34,259 nt of DNA from Candidatus Parcubacteria bacterium (lineage in GTDB: Bacteria; Patescibacteriota; Minisyncoccia; UBA6257; JAPLYJ01): positions 1 to 34,259 of the forward strand of contig JAPLYJ010000064.1 in the NCBI GenBank assembly GCA_026395655.1, given 5' to 3'. Below are positions 10,473 through 19,057 of this stretch, piece by piece; position 1 is the first letter of the stretch, and each line of letters starts with the position of its first letter. Under the pieces are notes generated by a model. It saw only the letters and a list, made by a program, of their open reading frames with translations, was not told where the DNA came from and made no database searches. A program made the translations under genes and the position numbers.

Positions 10473-11077
10473 AAATGATTAATTTTAAAAAGAAAATCAA
10501 GGGGAAAGAAATATCTAAGATTATTATAGACGGTGGGGTAGGAGTAATACCCACTGATACTATCTATGGTTTAGTAGCTAGCGCTTTTAATATTAAAGCT
10601 GTAGAAAAAGTATATCATTTGCGTCATCGCCAACCTGACAAACCTTGTATTATCTTAATCAGTCAAATATCAGATTTAAAAAAATTTAATATTAAATTAA
10701 GTATTAAATTAAAAAATATGCTTTCTCAGATTTGGCCTAATTCTATTAGTGTTATTCTTCCTTGTTCTAATGATAATTTAAAATATTTACATAGAGGTAC
10801 CAAGTCTTTAGCTTTTCGTTTACCTAGAGATAAGAAATTAAGGGATTTTTTAAAAATAACAGGACCTTTAATTGCTCCTAGCGCTAATTGGGAAGGCAAG
10901 GAACCAGCTAAAACCATACAAGCTGCAAAAAAGTATTTTAAAAATGAAATTGATTTTTATTTAGATGGTGGAAAAAGAGACAAACCATCTTCTACCTTGA
11001 TTACATATCAAAAAGGAAAATTTACAATTTTACGTTTAGGTAGTTTAAGCAAAAAACTCTGCAGATTAATATATTAA
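10469..11077 (+). CDS. tsaC: L-threonylcarbamoyladenylate synthase, YrdC/TsaC family
   Basis: GGVGVIPTDTIYGLVASAF, KPCIILI, LAFRLP, APSANWEG, SSTLI. ATGA overlap with the uvrC stop. Confidence 0.8.
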   Translation: MKMINFKKKIKGKEISKIIIDGGVGVIPTDTIYGLVASAFNIKAVEKVYHLRHRQPDKPCIILISQISDLKKFNIKLSIKLKNMLSQIWPNSISVILPCSNDNLKYLHRGTKSLAFRLPRDKKLRDFLKITGPLIAPSANWEGKEPAKTIQAAKKYFKNEIDFYLDGGKRDKPSSTLITYQKGKFTILRLGSLSKKLCRLIY

Positions 11078-11078
11078 T

Positions 11079-11107
11079 TTGACAAAATCATACAAAGAAA
11101 GTATAAA
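11079..11107 (+). promoter_or_regulatory. Consensus sigma70-type promoter for the 11227 cassette
   Basis: TTGACA (11079-11084), 17-nt spacer, TATAAA (11102-11107). It starts right after the tsaC stop and is followed by a leader of about 110 nt with an imperfect hairpin: GTAGCCGTAGCCAC...ATGGCTATGACTAC. Confidence 0.55.
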
Positions 11108-11226
11108 TTGAGAAGTTCTTTAATAATTTATTTATGAATGTAGCCGTAGCCACAAGATTCTAATTTTTTGGAATTTTATGGCTATGACTACTAATAATAG
11201 TTCTTTAGCAGAAAAGGAGACTGATC

Positions 11227-11916
11227 ATGCCTAGCGTGTTCGGTACACTTCACATGAGCACAGTAGCTGAAGCAATTACATTATTATATGAAAGATTGGC
11301 TAGTCCTGATGGAGAAACATGGTTAAACGCCTTTCAGAGATTCCTCTATATGGAAAACCCATGGGTAAATTTCGAAGTTTGGAAAACCATTACCCTTGAC
11401 GCAGAATTACGAACTGCTGACGATTTCCGTCGTACTCTATTATCTGGCGGCTTTTATAAAGATGATGGAGTTAACGACATGCTTAATAATTCTGCACTCG
11501 ACGTGGCAACCAGTGAAGTAAAAGTTCAACTTGTTAATATTTCAGCTGCCGAACTTGGCTTTTCGTGTAACATCATCCCTCTTATTAATATTTATCGAAA
11601 AGCCATAAGTCTTGGTCTTGAACTCTGCCCAGATAATCTAGGCCCTCAATTGCGTGTGCAATATATGGACCAGCCGGCTGATGAATATCTTCATGTAGCC
11701 ATGGAACAGATTAAATGTGCAAGTGGCGACTTTGTCTATACCATAGAGTGTGACAAAGAAGGCAAAAAAGGGATTAACAGTTTTGAAGTTAATATGAGAT
11801 CCAGTTGTTTGCGTGATAGCAACTGTCGTTTCATTTTTATTATCCCTTTCTGTCAACCTGTTCCTCGGTCTATACAAAGTGGATTTGAGACGAGGACTTT
11901 TCGTTGGATTTCCTGA
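11227..11916 (+). CDS. Hypothetical protein (229 aa) in a G+C-richer, SD-bearing stand-alone cassette
   Basis: Strong SD aaaaGGAGactgatcATG. Composition is clearly less AT-rich than the flanks. It has its own promoter and terminator. I recognise no family motif. Confidence 0.6.
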   Translation: MPSVFGTLHMSTVAEAITLLYERLASPDGETWLNAFQRFLYMENPWVNFEVWKTITLDAELRTADDFRRTLLSGGFYKDDGVNDMLNNSALDVATSEVKVQLVNISAAELGFSCNIIPLINIYRKAISLGLELCPDNLGPQLRVQYMDQPADEYLHVAMEQIKCASGDFVYTIECDKEGKKGINSFEVNMRSSCLRDSNCRFIFIIPFCQPVPRSIQSGFETRTFRWIS

Positions 11917-11941
11917 AGAGTTTAGCTTCTTAGTAATACAA

Positions 11942-11972
11942 GACCCCTCAAATAATTGAGGGGTCATTTTTT
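11942..11972 (+). terminator. Rho-independent terminator
   Basis: GACCCCTCA aataat TGAGGGGTC followed by ATTTTTTATT. Confidence 0.85.
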
Positions 11973-12046
11973 ATTCTAATTTTTTAAGATTTTAATGGAT
12001 ATTCATTTGCCTGGTTTATTGATATGATATATAATAGACAAAGTAT

Positions 12047-12397
12047 ATGTTTCCTACTAAAAAATTACCTGACAGCGATCGTTTTTCCTGGACTAATCAT
12101 GCTCAGAACAAGATGCAGCATTACCAATTGTCTGTTAATAGAGTAAAAAGGGTAACCCTTCATCCTGATCGTATCGAATATGGCGTAGCTCCTAAAACCA
12201 TTGCTGTCATGCAAACTTCCGGTACGAAAAAACATCCATATGAAATTTGGACCATGTACCAATTGATATCTAAAAAAACAATGTTATCAGGTCAAAAATT
12301 TAAAATTATCAGCGCTTGGAGATATCCGGGTATTAGTCCTAGAGACAAAGCCATACCCATCCCCGATGATATTAAAAAAGAATTAGGAATAGAATAA
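12047..12397 (+). CDS. Hypothetical protein (116 aa)
   Basis: ORF only. It is packed 1 nt from the next gene. No motif recognised. Confidence 0.5.
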   Translation: MFPTKKLPDSDRFSWTNHAQNKMQHYQLSVNRVKRVTLHPDRIEYGVAPKTIAVMQTSGTKKHPYEIWTMYQLISKKTMLSGQKFKIISAWRYPGISPRDKAIPIPDDIKKELGIE

Positions 12398-12398
12398 T

Positions 12399-12770
12399 AT
12401 GGATATAGATTTATTTGAAAAAATAGCTGATGAAGCCTTAAATAGATTGCCGGAAAAATTCTTAAAACGTTTGAATAATGTTGCTATCGTAGTAGCAGAA
12501 GTACCTAGCGAATATCAATTGAAAAAAATGAGAATGAGAAAAGGGGATTGTTTGTTAGGTTTGTATGAAGGTGTACCTTTAAATCAGCGTGGTCATTATT
12601 CCAATGTTTTACCAGACAAGATCACTATTTTTAAAAATGCCATTGAAAATCAAGCAGAATATGGGCAAGATTTAAAAGAAATTGTTTTTCATACCATTTG
12701 GCATGAGATCGCTCATCATTTTGGTTTTAATGAAAGAGAAGTTAGTATTTTAGAAAAAAATAAAAAATAA
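12399..12770 (+). CDS. Small zincin-like metallopeptidase family protein (DUF1025-like)
   Basis: C-terminal HEIAHHFGF zinc-binding motif. LLGLYEGVPL and the size of about 120 aa are typical of this family. Confidence 0.65.
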   Translation: MDIDLFEKIADEALNRLPEKFLKRLNNVAIVVAEVPSEYQLKKMRMRKGDCLLGLYEGVPLNQRGHYSNVLPDKITIFKNAIENQAEYGQDLKEIVFHTIWHEIAHHFGFNEREVSILEKNKK

Positions 12771-12777
12771 AAAACAT

Positions 12778-13554
12778 ATGAAGCTTAAAACATATCTAGG
12801 ATTGATTATCACCGTCATCGTATTATCTATTTTGTGGTGGGTTAGTATGTCTTTTAAAAATCTTTCTTTTCAACAAGAAGTTATCAATTATCAACCTAAC
12901 ACTGTCGCAGAATCAGAATCTTGGGATCCTGAAAATGTAGATATATATCCCTTTTTACCAAAATATGTAGATGGAGCACAATGGCAAAAAAAGATTGTTG
13001 ATATTAATAATGACAATATTAACGAAATCATGATTTTTGCTTGCGATCAAACTGAAAATAGCTACCAAGCTAATGTTTCTATTTTAGGTCCTAATGAAAA
13101 AAATCAACCTATTCTAAAATCAGAATTAGTTTTACCTAATAGCCAAGCTATGGGTAATTTTGATTGTCCTAGCTTCAAAGAATTAAAAGATGTTAATCAA
13201 GATAGCTTAAATGAAATTTTGATTAATCTAGGAGAACCAGAAACAGGGGTATCAAATTTTGGTATTTTCTCATATGATGGTACTAATTTAAATTGGGTAA
13301 AAATAGAAGATGTTTTAGGTAATGATTCTTTCTCAATTTTTAGTGAAGGATCATCAGAACAAGATCTTTCTGTTTTTGAATTAATACCTTTAGAAAAAGG
13401 CATTGTGCAATTTAAAGGAACAATATTAGAAAATAATTCTTGGTCAGGTATTGTAGATGCTTACATCTGGCAAGACAATATTTTTAAATATGATCAGAGT
13501 CTCTCTGAAAAATTAAAAAAACAAGGTCCTACCTTGGAAACATTAAATGGATAA
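12778..13554 (+). CDS. Membrane-anchored hypothetical protein, possible FG-GAP/Ca-binding-like repeats
   Basis: N-terminal TM helix. DINNDNINEIMIF and DVNQDSLNEILINLG look like DxNxD...E loops. Weak call. Confidence 0.45.
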   Translation: MKLKTYLGLIITVIVLSILWWVSMSFKNLSFQQEVINYQPNTVAESESWDPENVDIYPFLPKYVDGAQWQKKIVDINNDNINEIMIFACDQTENSYQANVSILGPNEKNQPILKSELVLPNSQAMGNFDCPSFKELKDVNQDSLNEILINLGEPETGVSNFGIFSYDGTNLNWVKIEDVLGNDSFSIFSEGSSEQDLSVFELIPLEKGIVQFKGTILENNSWSGIVDAYIWQDNIFKYDQSLSEKLKKQGPTLETLNG

Positions 13555-14398
13555 AAAAATATATGTAATTAATGGTGCTGGGGACCAAGAACCCCTTTCT
13601 GAGTTTAAGGTATATCGTAGCGCTAAACGTAGCGGGGCTAGTAATGATTTAGCCAAGCAAATTGTTTTTGAGATACAACAAAAAGCATATCCTGGTATTA
13701 CTACCCAGGAAATTCATGACAGAATAAAATCTTTTTTAATCAAAGAAGCTCCGTATTCTGCCATGCGTTTTAGTTTAAAAGAAGGTATTAGAAAATTAGG
13801 ACCTACTGGTTTTCATTTTGAAAAATACGTAGCTGATATTTTTGAAGACTATGGCTATGCTGTCCAAAACCATCAATATCTTCCCGGGGTATGTGTCAAT
13901 CACGAAGTTGATTTTTTAGCTAAAAAAGAAAAAAAGATTTTTGTGGGAGAATGTAAATATCACAATACCATTGGTTGCCGTGTAGACTTGAAAGTAGTTT
14001 TAGCTAATCATTCTCGTATCACAGATTTAGAAAATGGTAAATTCTTTAAAACAAAAGAATTAAAAGATTTAAAAATGCAAGGTATTGTGGTAACTAACAC
14101 CAAGTTTACTACTGAAGCTATCAAATACACTCAATGCGTAGGCTTGGATCTTTTAGGTTGGAGACACCCCAATGATCATGGCTTAGAATATATGATAGAA
14201 TCAAGAAAACTATACCCTGTGACTATTTTACCTTCTTTGACTGATAATTTTATTGGATCTTTTGCTGAAGAAAGAATCATGTTGGTTAAAGATGTTTTGG
14301 TGTTGGATTTAATACGTTTTGGTCGTAAATGGGGGATTCCGGAAAGCAGAATGAGACAGATTAAAAAAGAAGCAGAGTTATTGATGAATTCTAAATAG
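13547..14398 (+). CDS. ATP-cone domain fused to a restriction-endonuclease-like (Mrr/PD-(D/E)xK) domain
   Basis: N-terminal IYVINGAGDQEPLSEFKVYRS...TTQEIHDRI (ATP-cone-like). Nuclease core FEKYVADIFEDYGY...HEVDFLAKKEKKIFVGECKYH. Confidence 0.6.
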   Translation: MDKKIYVINGAGDQEPLSEFKVYRSAKRSGASNDLAKQIVFEIQQKAYPGITTQEIHDRIKSFLIKEAPYSAMRFSLKEGIRKLGPTGFHFEKYVADIFEDYGYAVQNHQYLPGVCVNHEVDFLAKKEKKIFVGECKYHNTIGCRVDLKVVLANHSRITDLENGKFFKTKELKDLKMQGIVVTNTKFTTEAIKYTQCVGLDLLGWRHPNDHGLEYMIESRKLYPVTILPSLTDNFIGSFAEERIMLVKDVLVLDLIRFGRKWGIPESRMRQIKKEAELLMNSK

Positions 14399-14399
14399 C

Positions 14400-15392
14400 A
14401 TGAATGAGATTATTGAAAAAATTAAACAATCAGGTTTAAAAGGCAGAGGAGGTGCTAATTTTCCTGTAGGAATTAAATGGGAAATTTTTAATGCAACCTT
14501 GGCTAACAAAAAATATGTAATCATGAATGCCGCTGAAGGTGAGCCTGATGTTTTTAAGGATAGATATATTTTAGAAAATCATTTAGAAGAAACATTGAAA
14601 GGTTTTAAGTTAGCTTTAGATTTATTTGAAAATACTCAAGGGTATATTTTCCTTAACAAAAGTTTATATGATCTTTTAGAAAACAAGATACGTAAGTTTG
14701 TAAATAAATGGCCAGTTAATTTGGTAAAAGAAAAAGGTGGATATTTAAACGGTGAAGAAACTGTTTTAATAGAATCTATAGAAGGTCATAGGTTGGAACC
14801 CAGGATTAAACCACCATACCCACCGGAAAAAGGTTTGTGGCAATTTCCCACTTTGATAAACAATGTAGAAACTTTTTACCATGTCTATCAAATCAGTCAA
14901 AACCAATATCATCAAACTAGATTTTATTCCCTTACAGGTGACTTAAATAATATAGGCGTATATGAGTTAAAAGAAGATTCAAATATTTTAGAAATTTTAA
15001 AACAAACAAAAAATCTTTCTGAAAAACCTTTTTTTGTTCAAGTAGGTGGAGGAGCGAGCGGTATTTTCTTAGAACAAGAGAATTTGGATCAACCAATCTC
15101 AGGCGCTGGTTCTTTAATTGTATATGATACAAATAAAACAGACAAAATTAAACTTTTAAAAAAGATATTAAGTTTTTTCTTAAAAGAAAATTGTGGTCAA
15201 TGTGTACCTTGTCGAGAAGGGATATATCGTTTGAATGAATTAATATTAAAAAAAAGTATAGATTGGCTTAAAGCTAAAGAGCTTTGCCAAACATTAAAAG
15301 AATCTAGTTTTTGCGGCTTAGGTGTAGGCTGTGGCATGGCTTGCGAATCTCTAATAGATATTATTGTTAAATTTAATCAAGCAAATGGATAA
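14400..15392 (+). CDS. NuoF/HydB-type flavoprotein subunit (NADH-binding 51-kDa-like, FMN and 4Fe-4S)
   Basis: GLKGRGGANFPVGIKWE motif. C-terminal CGQCVPCREG and SFCGLG cluster cysteines. Its stop overlaps the hydrogenase start (ATGGATAA). Confidence 0.7.
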   Translation: MNEIIEKIKQSGLKGRGGANFPVGIKWEIFNATLANKKYVIMNAAEGEPDVFKDRYILENHLEETLKGFKLALDLFENTQGYIFLNKSLYDLLENKIRKFVNKWPVNLVKEKGGYLNGEETVLIESIEGHRLEPRIKPPYPPEKGLWQFPTLINNVETFYHVYQISQNQYHQTRFYSLTGDLNNIGVYELKEDSNILEILKQTKNLSEKPFFVQVGGGASGIFLEQENLDQPISGAGSLIVYDTNKTDKIKLLKKILSFFLKENCGQCVPCREGIYRLNELILKKSIDWLKAKELCQTLKESSFCGLGVGCGMACESLIDIIVKFNQANG

Positions 15393-17091
15393 TCTTGTTA
15401 AAATAAAAATAGATGGAAAAGATTTTGAGTTAGCATCTAATTTAAGTATTTTAGATGTATCTAAAAATTTAAATTTAGATATTCCATATTTATGCGATCA
15501 TCCTGATTTAGATGTTAGGGCTAATTGTCGAATGTGTATGGTAGAAATCAAAGGTAAATTAGTGCCAGCTTGCAGTACCAAGATATCTGAAGGCATGGAA
15601 ATCATTACCCAATCAGAAAGAATACATAAAACAAGAAAAAGCAATTTGGAATTAATCATGGCTAACCATCAGCAAGATTGTTTTCATTGTCCGTATTTCG
15701 GATCTTGCCAATTAAAAAATTTGATGAAAACGTATGGATTAAATGCTTCTGCTTTTTCATCTCGCAAAAAAAACAGGGAAGATTTTTCCATGGGGAAATC
15801 AGTAGTTTTTAAAAGCCAAAAATGCATGGAATGTCGTGCTTGTGTGTCAGCTTGCGAAAAACAAGGTATCAATTTTTTAGAAATAGATGGTAATGGTTTG
15901 GAAATAAAAATTATACCTTCTTTAAACAAAAACAAAGATTGTGTGTATTGTGGTCAATGTGTTAGCCATTGTCCCGTGGGAGCCATGCTACCTGATATGA
16001 GTGACTTGGAAGAAATTGAAAAACTCTTAAAAGAAAAAAAATATATTTTGATAGCTCAGATTGCCCCAGCTATTAGAGCATCACTAGGAGAAGAATTTAA
16101 AATACCTTACGGCCAATTAACAGTAGGACATATTTCTACAGGATTAAAAGCTTTAGGTTTCCAATATGTTTTTGACGTTTCTACTGGAGCTGATTTGACT
16201 ACCATGGAAGAAGCTCAAGAATTAATTGAACGCATAGAGCATAACGGGAAATTACCGCTTTTAACTAGTTGTTGTCCTGCTTGGGTAAAATATGTAGAAT
16301 TTTATCGTCCTGAGTTTATTAACAATCTTACTACAGTGCGTTCTCCCCAAATGATCATGTCTAATGTTATCAAATCGTATTGGGCTAAAGAAAATAAAAT
16401 TAAATCTGCTAATATTAAATTAGTTTCTATCATGCCTTGTACAGCTAAAAAGTATGAAGCTAACAGACCTGAATTTAAAAAATTAGTAGACTATGTCTTA
16501 ACTACTCGTGAGTTAGCTTTGCTTTTAAAACGCCATCAAGTCATGCCTGAAAAGCTCAAGGAATCAAGCCTAGATGCACTTTTTAGCAGTTCTGGGGTCA
16601 TTTACGGCGCTTCTGGAGGGGTCATGGAGTCAGCCTTGAGGACAGCATATTACCTCATTACTGGGAAAGAACCTCAAGAAATTGCTTTTGAAAAAATGAG
16701 AGGTCTAGAAGGTTGCAGACAAGCTAAGTATAAGATTGGAAAATATACTTTAAATGTAGCTGCAGTGAGCGGATTAAAAAACGCAGAAAACCTTTTACAA
16801 AAAATTAAAGCTGATTCTAAGTTATATGACTATGTGGAAATAATGGCTTGCCCGGGAGGATGTTTATCTGGTGGGGGTCAGCCCGTGCCAGTTAATGATG
16901 AGATCAGAAAAAAGAGAGCGAATGTTTTATATCAATTAGATAAAAAATCTGAAATTAAATATGCTCATGATAATCCGTTTGTAAAAGAAATATATAAGAC
17001 TTTTTTGAAAGATGAAAAAAACAGAAAAACAGTTTGTCATACCCAATACGCTAAAAAGAAAAAAGAAGGACATATAATTAAAAAAATATGA
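15385..17091 (+). CDS. hydA: [FeFe]-hydrogenase catalytic subunit with N-terminal 2Fe-2S/4Fe-4S ferredoxin-like domains
   Basis: H-cluster signatures TSCCPAWVKY (L1), MPCTAKKYEA (L2), EIMACPGGCLSGGGQP (L3). N-terminal CDH...CRMCMVE and two CxxCxxCxxxCP motifs. The ATG at 15385 (MDNLVKIKIDGK) is preferred over the alternative start at 15364. Confidence 0.88.
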   Translation: MDNLVKIKIDGKDFELASNLSILDVSKNLNLDIPYLCDHPDLDVRANCRMCMVEIKGKLVPACSTKISEGMEIITQSERIHKTRKSNLELIMANHQQDCFHCPYFGSCQLKNLMKTYGLNASAFSSRKKNREDFSMGKSVVFKSQKCMECRACVSACEKQGINFLEIDGNGLEIKIIPSLNKNKDCVYCGQCVSHCPVGAMLPDMSDLEEIEKLLKEKKYILIAQIAPAIRASLGEEFKIPYGQLTVGHISTGLKALGFQYVFDVSTGADLTTMEEAQELIERIEHNGKLPLLTSCCPAWVKYVEFYRPEFINNLTTVRSPQMIMSNVIKSYWAKENKIKSANIKLVSIMPCTAKKYEANRPEFKKLVDYVLTTRELALLLKRHQVMPEKLKESSLDALFSSSGVIYGASGGVMESALRTAYYLITGKEPQEIAFEKMRGLEGCRQAKYKIGKYTLNVAAVSGLKNAENLLQKIKADSKLYDYVEIMACPGGCLSGGGQPVPVNDEIRKKRANVLYQLDKKSEIKYAHDNPFVKEIYKTFLKDEKNRKTVCHTQYAKKKKEGHIIKKI

Positions 17092-17597
17092 TGGCAGAAA
17101 CTTTAGTTTTAGAAAAAAAGAAAATAAGCACTTTAGTTTTTGTGGGTTTCTTAGCTATCTCCATTGTTGCTCCACTATTTTTAAAAACACAATTTTTAAG
17201 TGGACCTTTGGTTAATGCTGTGCTTTTTATTGTTACTATAATGTTGGGTTTAAGATATGGTATTTTAGTGAGTCTTATTCCCAGTGGGTTAGCTTTAGCC
17301 ATTGGTCTATTACCCATGGTCATTGCCCCCATGATCCCTATTATTATTTTAGGCAATATGTTAATGGTTATATCTTGTAATTACCTTAAAACAAAAAACT
17401 ATTGGCTCATGATTGTTTTTTCTAGTATTGTTAAATTTGTTTTTATATATGTTGTTTTTCAAATTGTTTTTCAAAATATCTTAGATACTAATTTAAGTAA
17501 TGTCATCTCATCCATGGTGGGCATCAATCAATTGTATACCGCGCTATTAGGCGGAGCTTTAGCTTTTTTGTTTTTAAAAAAATATAAAAAAATATGA
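17088..17597 (+). CDS. Polytopic membrane protein (about 5 TM), function unknown
   Basis: Hydrophobic throughout. Translationally coupled on both sides (ATGA-type overlaps with the hydrogenase and HIT genes). Confidence 0.55.
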   Translation: MMAETLVLEKKKISTLVFVGFLAISIVAPLFLKTQFLSGPLVNAVLFIVTIMLGLRYGILVSLIPSGLALAIGLLPMVIAPMIPIIILGNMLMVISCNYLKTKNYWLMIVFSSIVKFVFIYVVFQIVFQNILDTNLSNVISSMVGINQLYTALLGGALAFLFLKKYKKI

Positions 17598-17953
17598 CAG
17601 ATTCTAACTGTGTTTTTTGTAAAATCATTAAAAACGAAATTCCTGTTAAGAAATATTACGAAGATGATAAATTTTTAGCTGTTTTTGATATCAAACCTAT
17701 TAGCCCAGATCATATTGTTTTGATGTCAAAAAATCATTATACCCATACCAGTGATATGCCTAACTCAGACTGGCAGGAGTTTATCTTAAAAGCCAAAGAA
17801 TTAGCCGAAACTCATTTAAAAGAGATTGAAGCTGATGGTTATAACTTATTAATCAATGAAGGGGAAGCTGCTCAGTCCATGGTAGCTCACAGACCCCATT
17901 GTCATATCATTTTTAGAAAGATGGACGATGGCATTAAGATAGACCCACGTTAA
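17594..17953 (+). CDS. HIT (histidine triad) family nucleotide hydrolase/transferase
   Basis: CVFCKIIKNEIP, FLAVFDIKPISPDHIVLMSK, histidine-triad-like HRPHCHIIF. Confidence 0.7.
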   Translation: MTDSNCVFCKIIKNEIPVKKYYEDDKFLAVFDIKPISPDHIVLMSKNHYTHTSDMPNSDWQEFILKAKELAETHLKEIEADGYNLLINEGEAAQSMVAHRPHCHIIFRKMDDGIKIDPR

Positions 17954-17962
17954 ATTGACCAA

Positions 17963-17991
17963 TTGATTTATTTATGTTTTTGTATTAATAT
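17963..17991 (+). promoter_or_regulatory. Candidate sigma70-type promoter for the SIS gene
   Basis: TTGATT, 17 nt, TAATAT. The AT-rich context makes chance matches likely. Confidence 0.3.
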
Positions 17992-18000
17992 TTTTCAGAT

Positions 18001-19044
18001 ATGATTCAAAAAAGAGGGGTAAACACTATAAAAGAAATTTTAGAGATTCCAACAGCTTTAGAGAGAGTTATTTTTCAAGATTCTAAAAATATTAATAAGG
18101 TAGCTAGTGTTATTAAAAAAGCTAAAGAAGTGTATTTTATAGGTTCTGGCACAGCTGGCCATGCAGCTTTAGAAGCTAACTATCTTTTTTCTAAATTTGG
18201 TTTAAATCACAGTAATTTTGTACCTGCCAGCGAGTTTTCAAATTTTGCATCATTTTTAAAGAAAAACAGTATCATTGTAGCTATTTCCCAGGGTGGGGAA
18301 AACATTGATATTATTGAAGCTGTTAAAACAGCAAAAAAACAAGGATGTAAGATTATTGGTATTACTAATGAGATGTCTTCTACACTTTCAAATTTAAGTG
18401 ATTTTTCTTTAGATATTTTAGCAGGATCGGAAAAAAGCGTGGTAGCTACTAAAACATATATTAATCAATTAGCTACCATCATTTTAATAGTTTTTCAGAT
18501 ACGTAAAAAATACCAAAAGGGGATTAAGCTGTTACAAGAAACTATCATCGCTATCTCTGAAATTTTGTTAAAAGAAAATCAAACTAAAATTCAAAAGTTA
18601 TCTAAAAAATTAAAAAACAAAGAAGATTTTTTTGCTATTGGTAGGGGATTAAATTATCCTACAGCCTTAGAAACTAGTTTAAAAATCAAAGAAGCTTGCT
18701 ACATTCACGCAGAAGGATTAGCTGGAGGAGAATTTAAACATGGTGTTTTAGCCATGGTAGAAAAGGGTTTTCCTTGTATTATTCATACCTCAAATGGTAA
18801 CAATGAAAAATCAATTTTGTTAGATGCTAAAAACATGTCTACAAAAGGAGCTTTGATTATTGGTGTAGGTTCTGAAAAGAAAAAAATCTTTAATGTTTGG
18901 TTAAAAACACCAAAAGTTGATGAGGTTATTTCACCTTTAACAAATATTATACCTATTCAAATGTTAGCGTACCATTTAAGTTTGTTACGAAACATCAACC
19001 CAGACAAACCTAGAAATCTTGTAAAAAGCGTAAAAAAGCATTAG
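18001..19044 (+). CDS. Double-SIS-domain sugar-phosphate isomerase (GlmS isomerase-domain-like, no glutaminase domain)
   Basis: FIGSGTAGHAA, AISQGGEN, GITN, then a second SIS with GRGLNYPTALETSLKIKE, AGGEFKHG and NPDKPRNLVKSV. Confidence 0.7.
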   Translation: MIQKRGVNTIKEILEIPTALERVIFQDSKNINKVASVIKKAKEVYFIGSGTAGHAALEANYLFSKFGLNHSNFVPASEFSNFASFLKKNSIIVAISQGGENIDIIEAVKTAKKQGCKIIGITNEMSSTLSNLSDFSLDILAGSEKSVVATKTYINQLATIILIVFQIRKKYQKGIKLLQETIIAISEILLKENQTKIQKLSKKLKNKEDFFAIGRGLNYPTALETSLKIKEACYIHAEGLAGGEFKHGVLAMVEKGFPCIIHTSNGNNEKSILLDAKNMSTKGALIIGVGSEKKKIFNVWLKTPKVDEVISPLTNIIPIQMLAYHLSLLRNINPDKPRNLVKSVKKH

Positions 19045-19057
19045 CATATTATCACTT

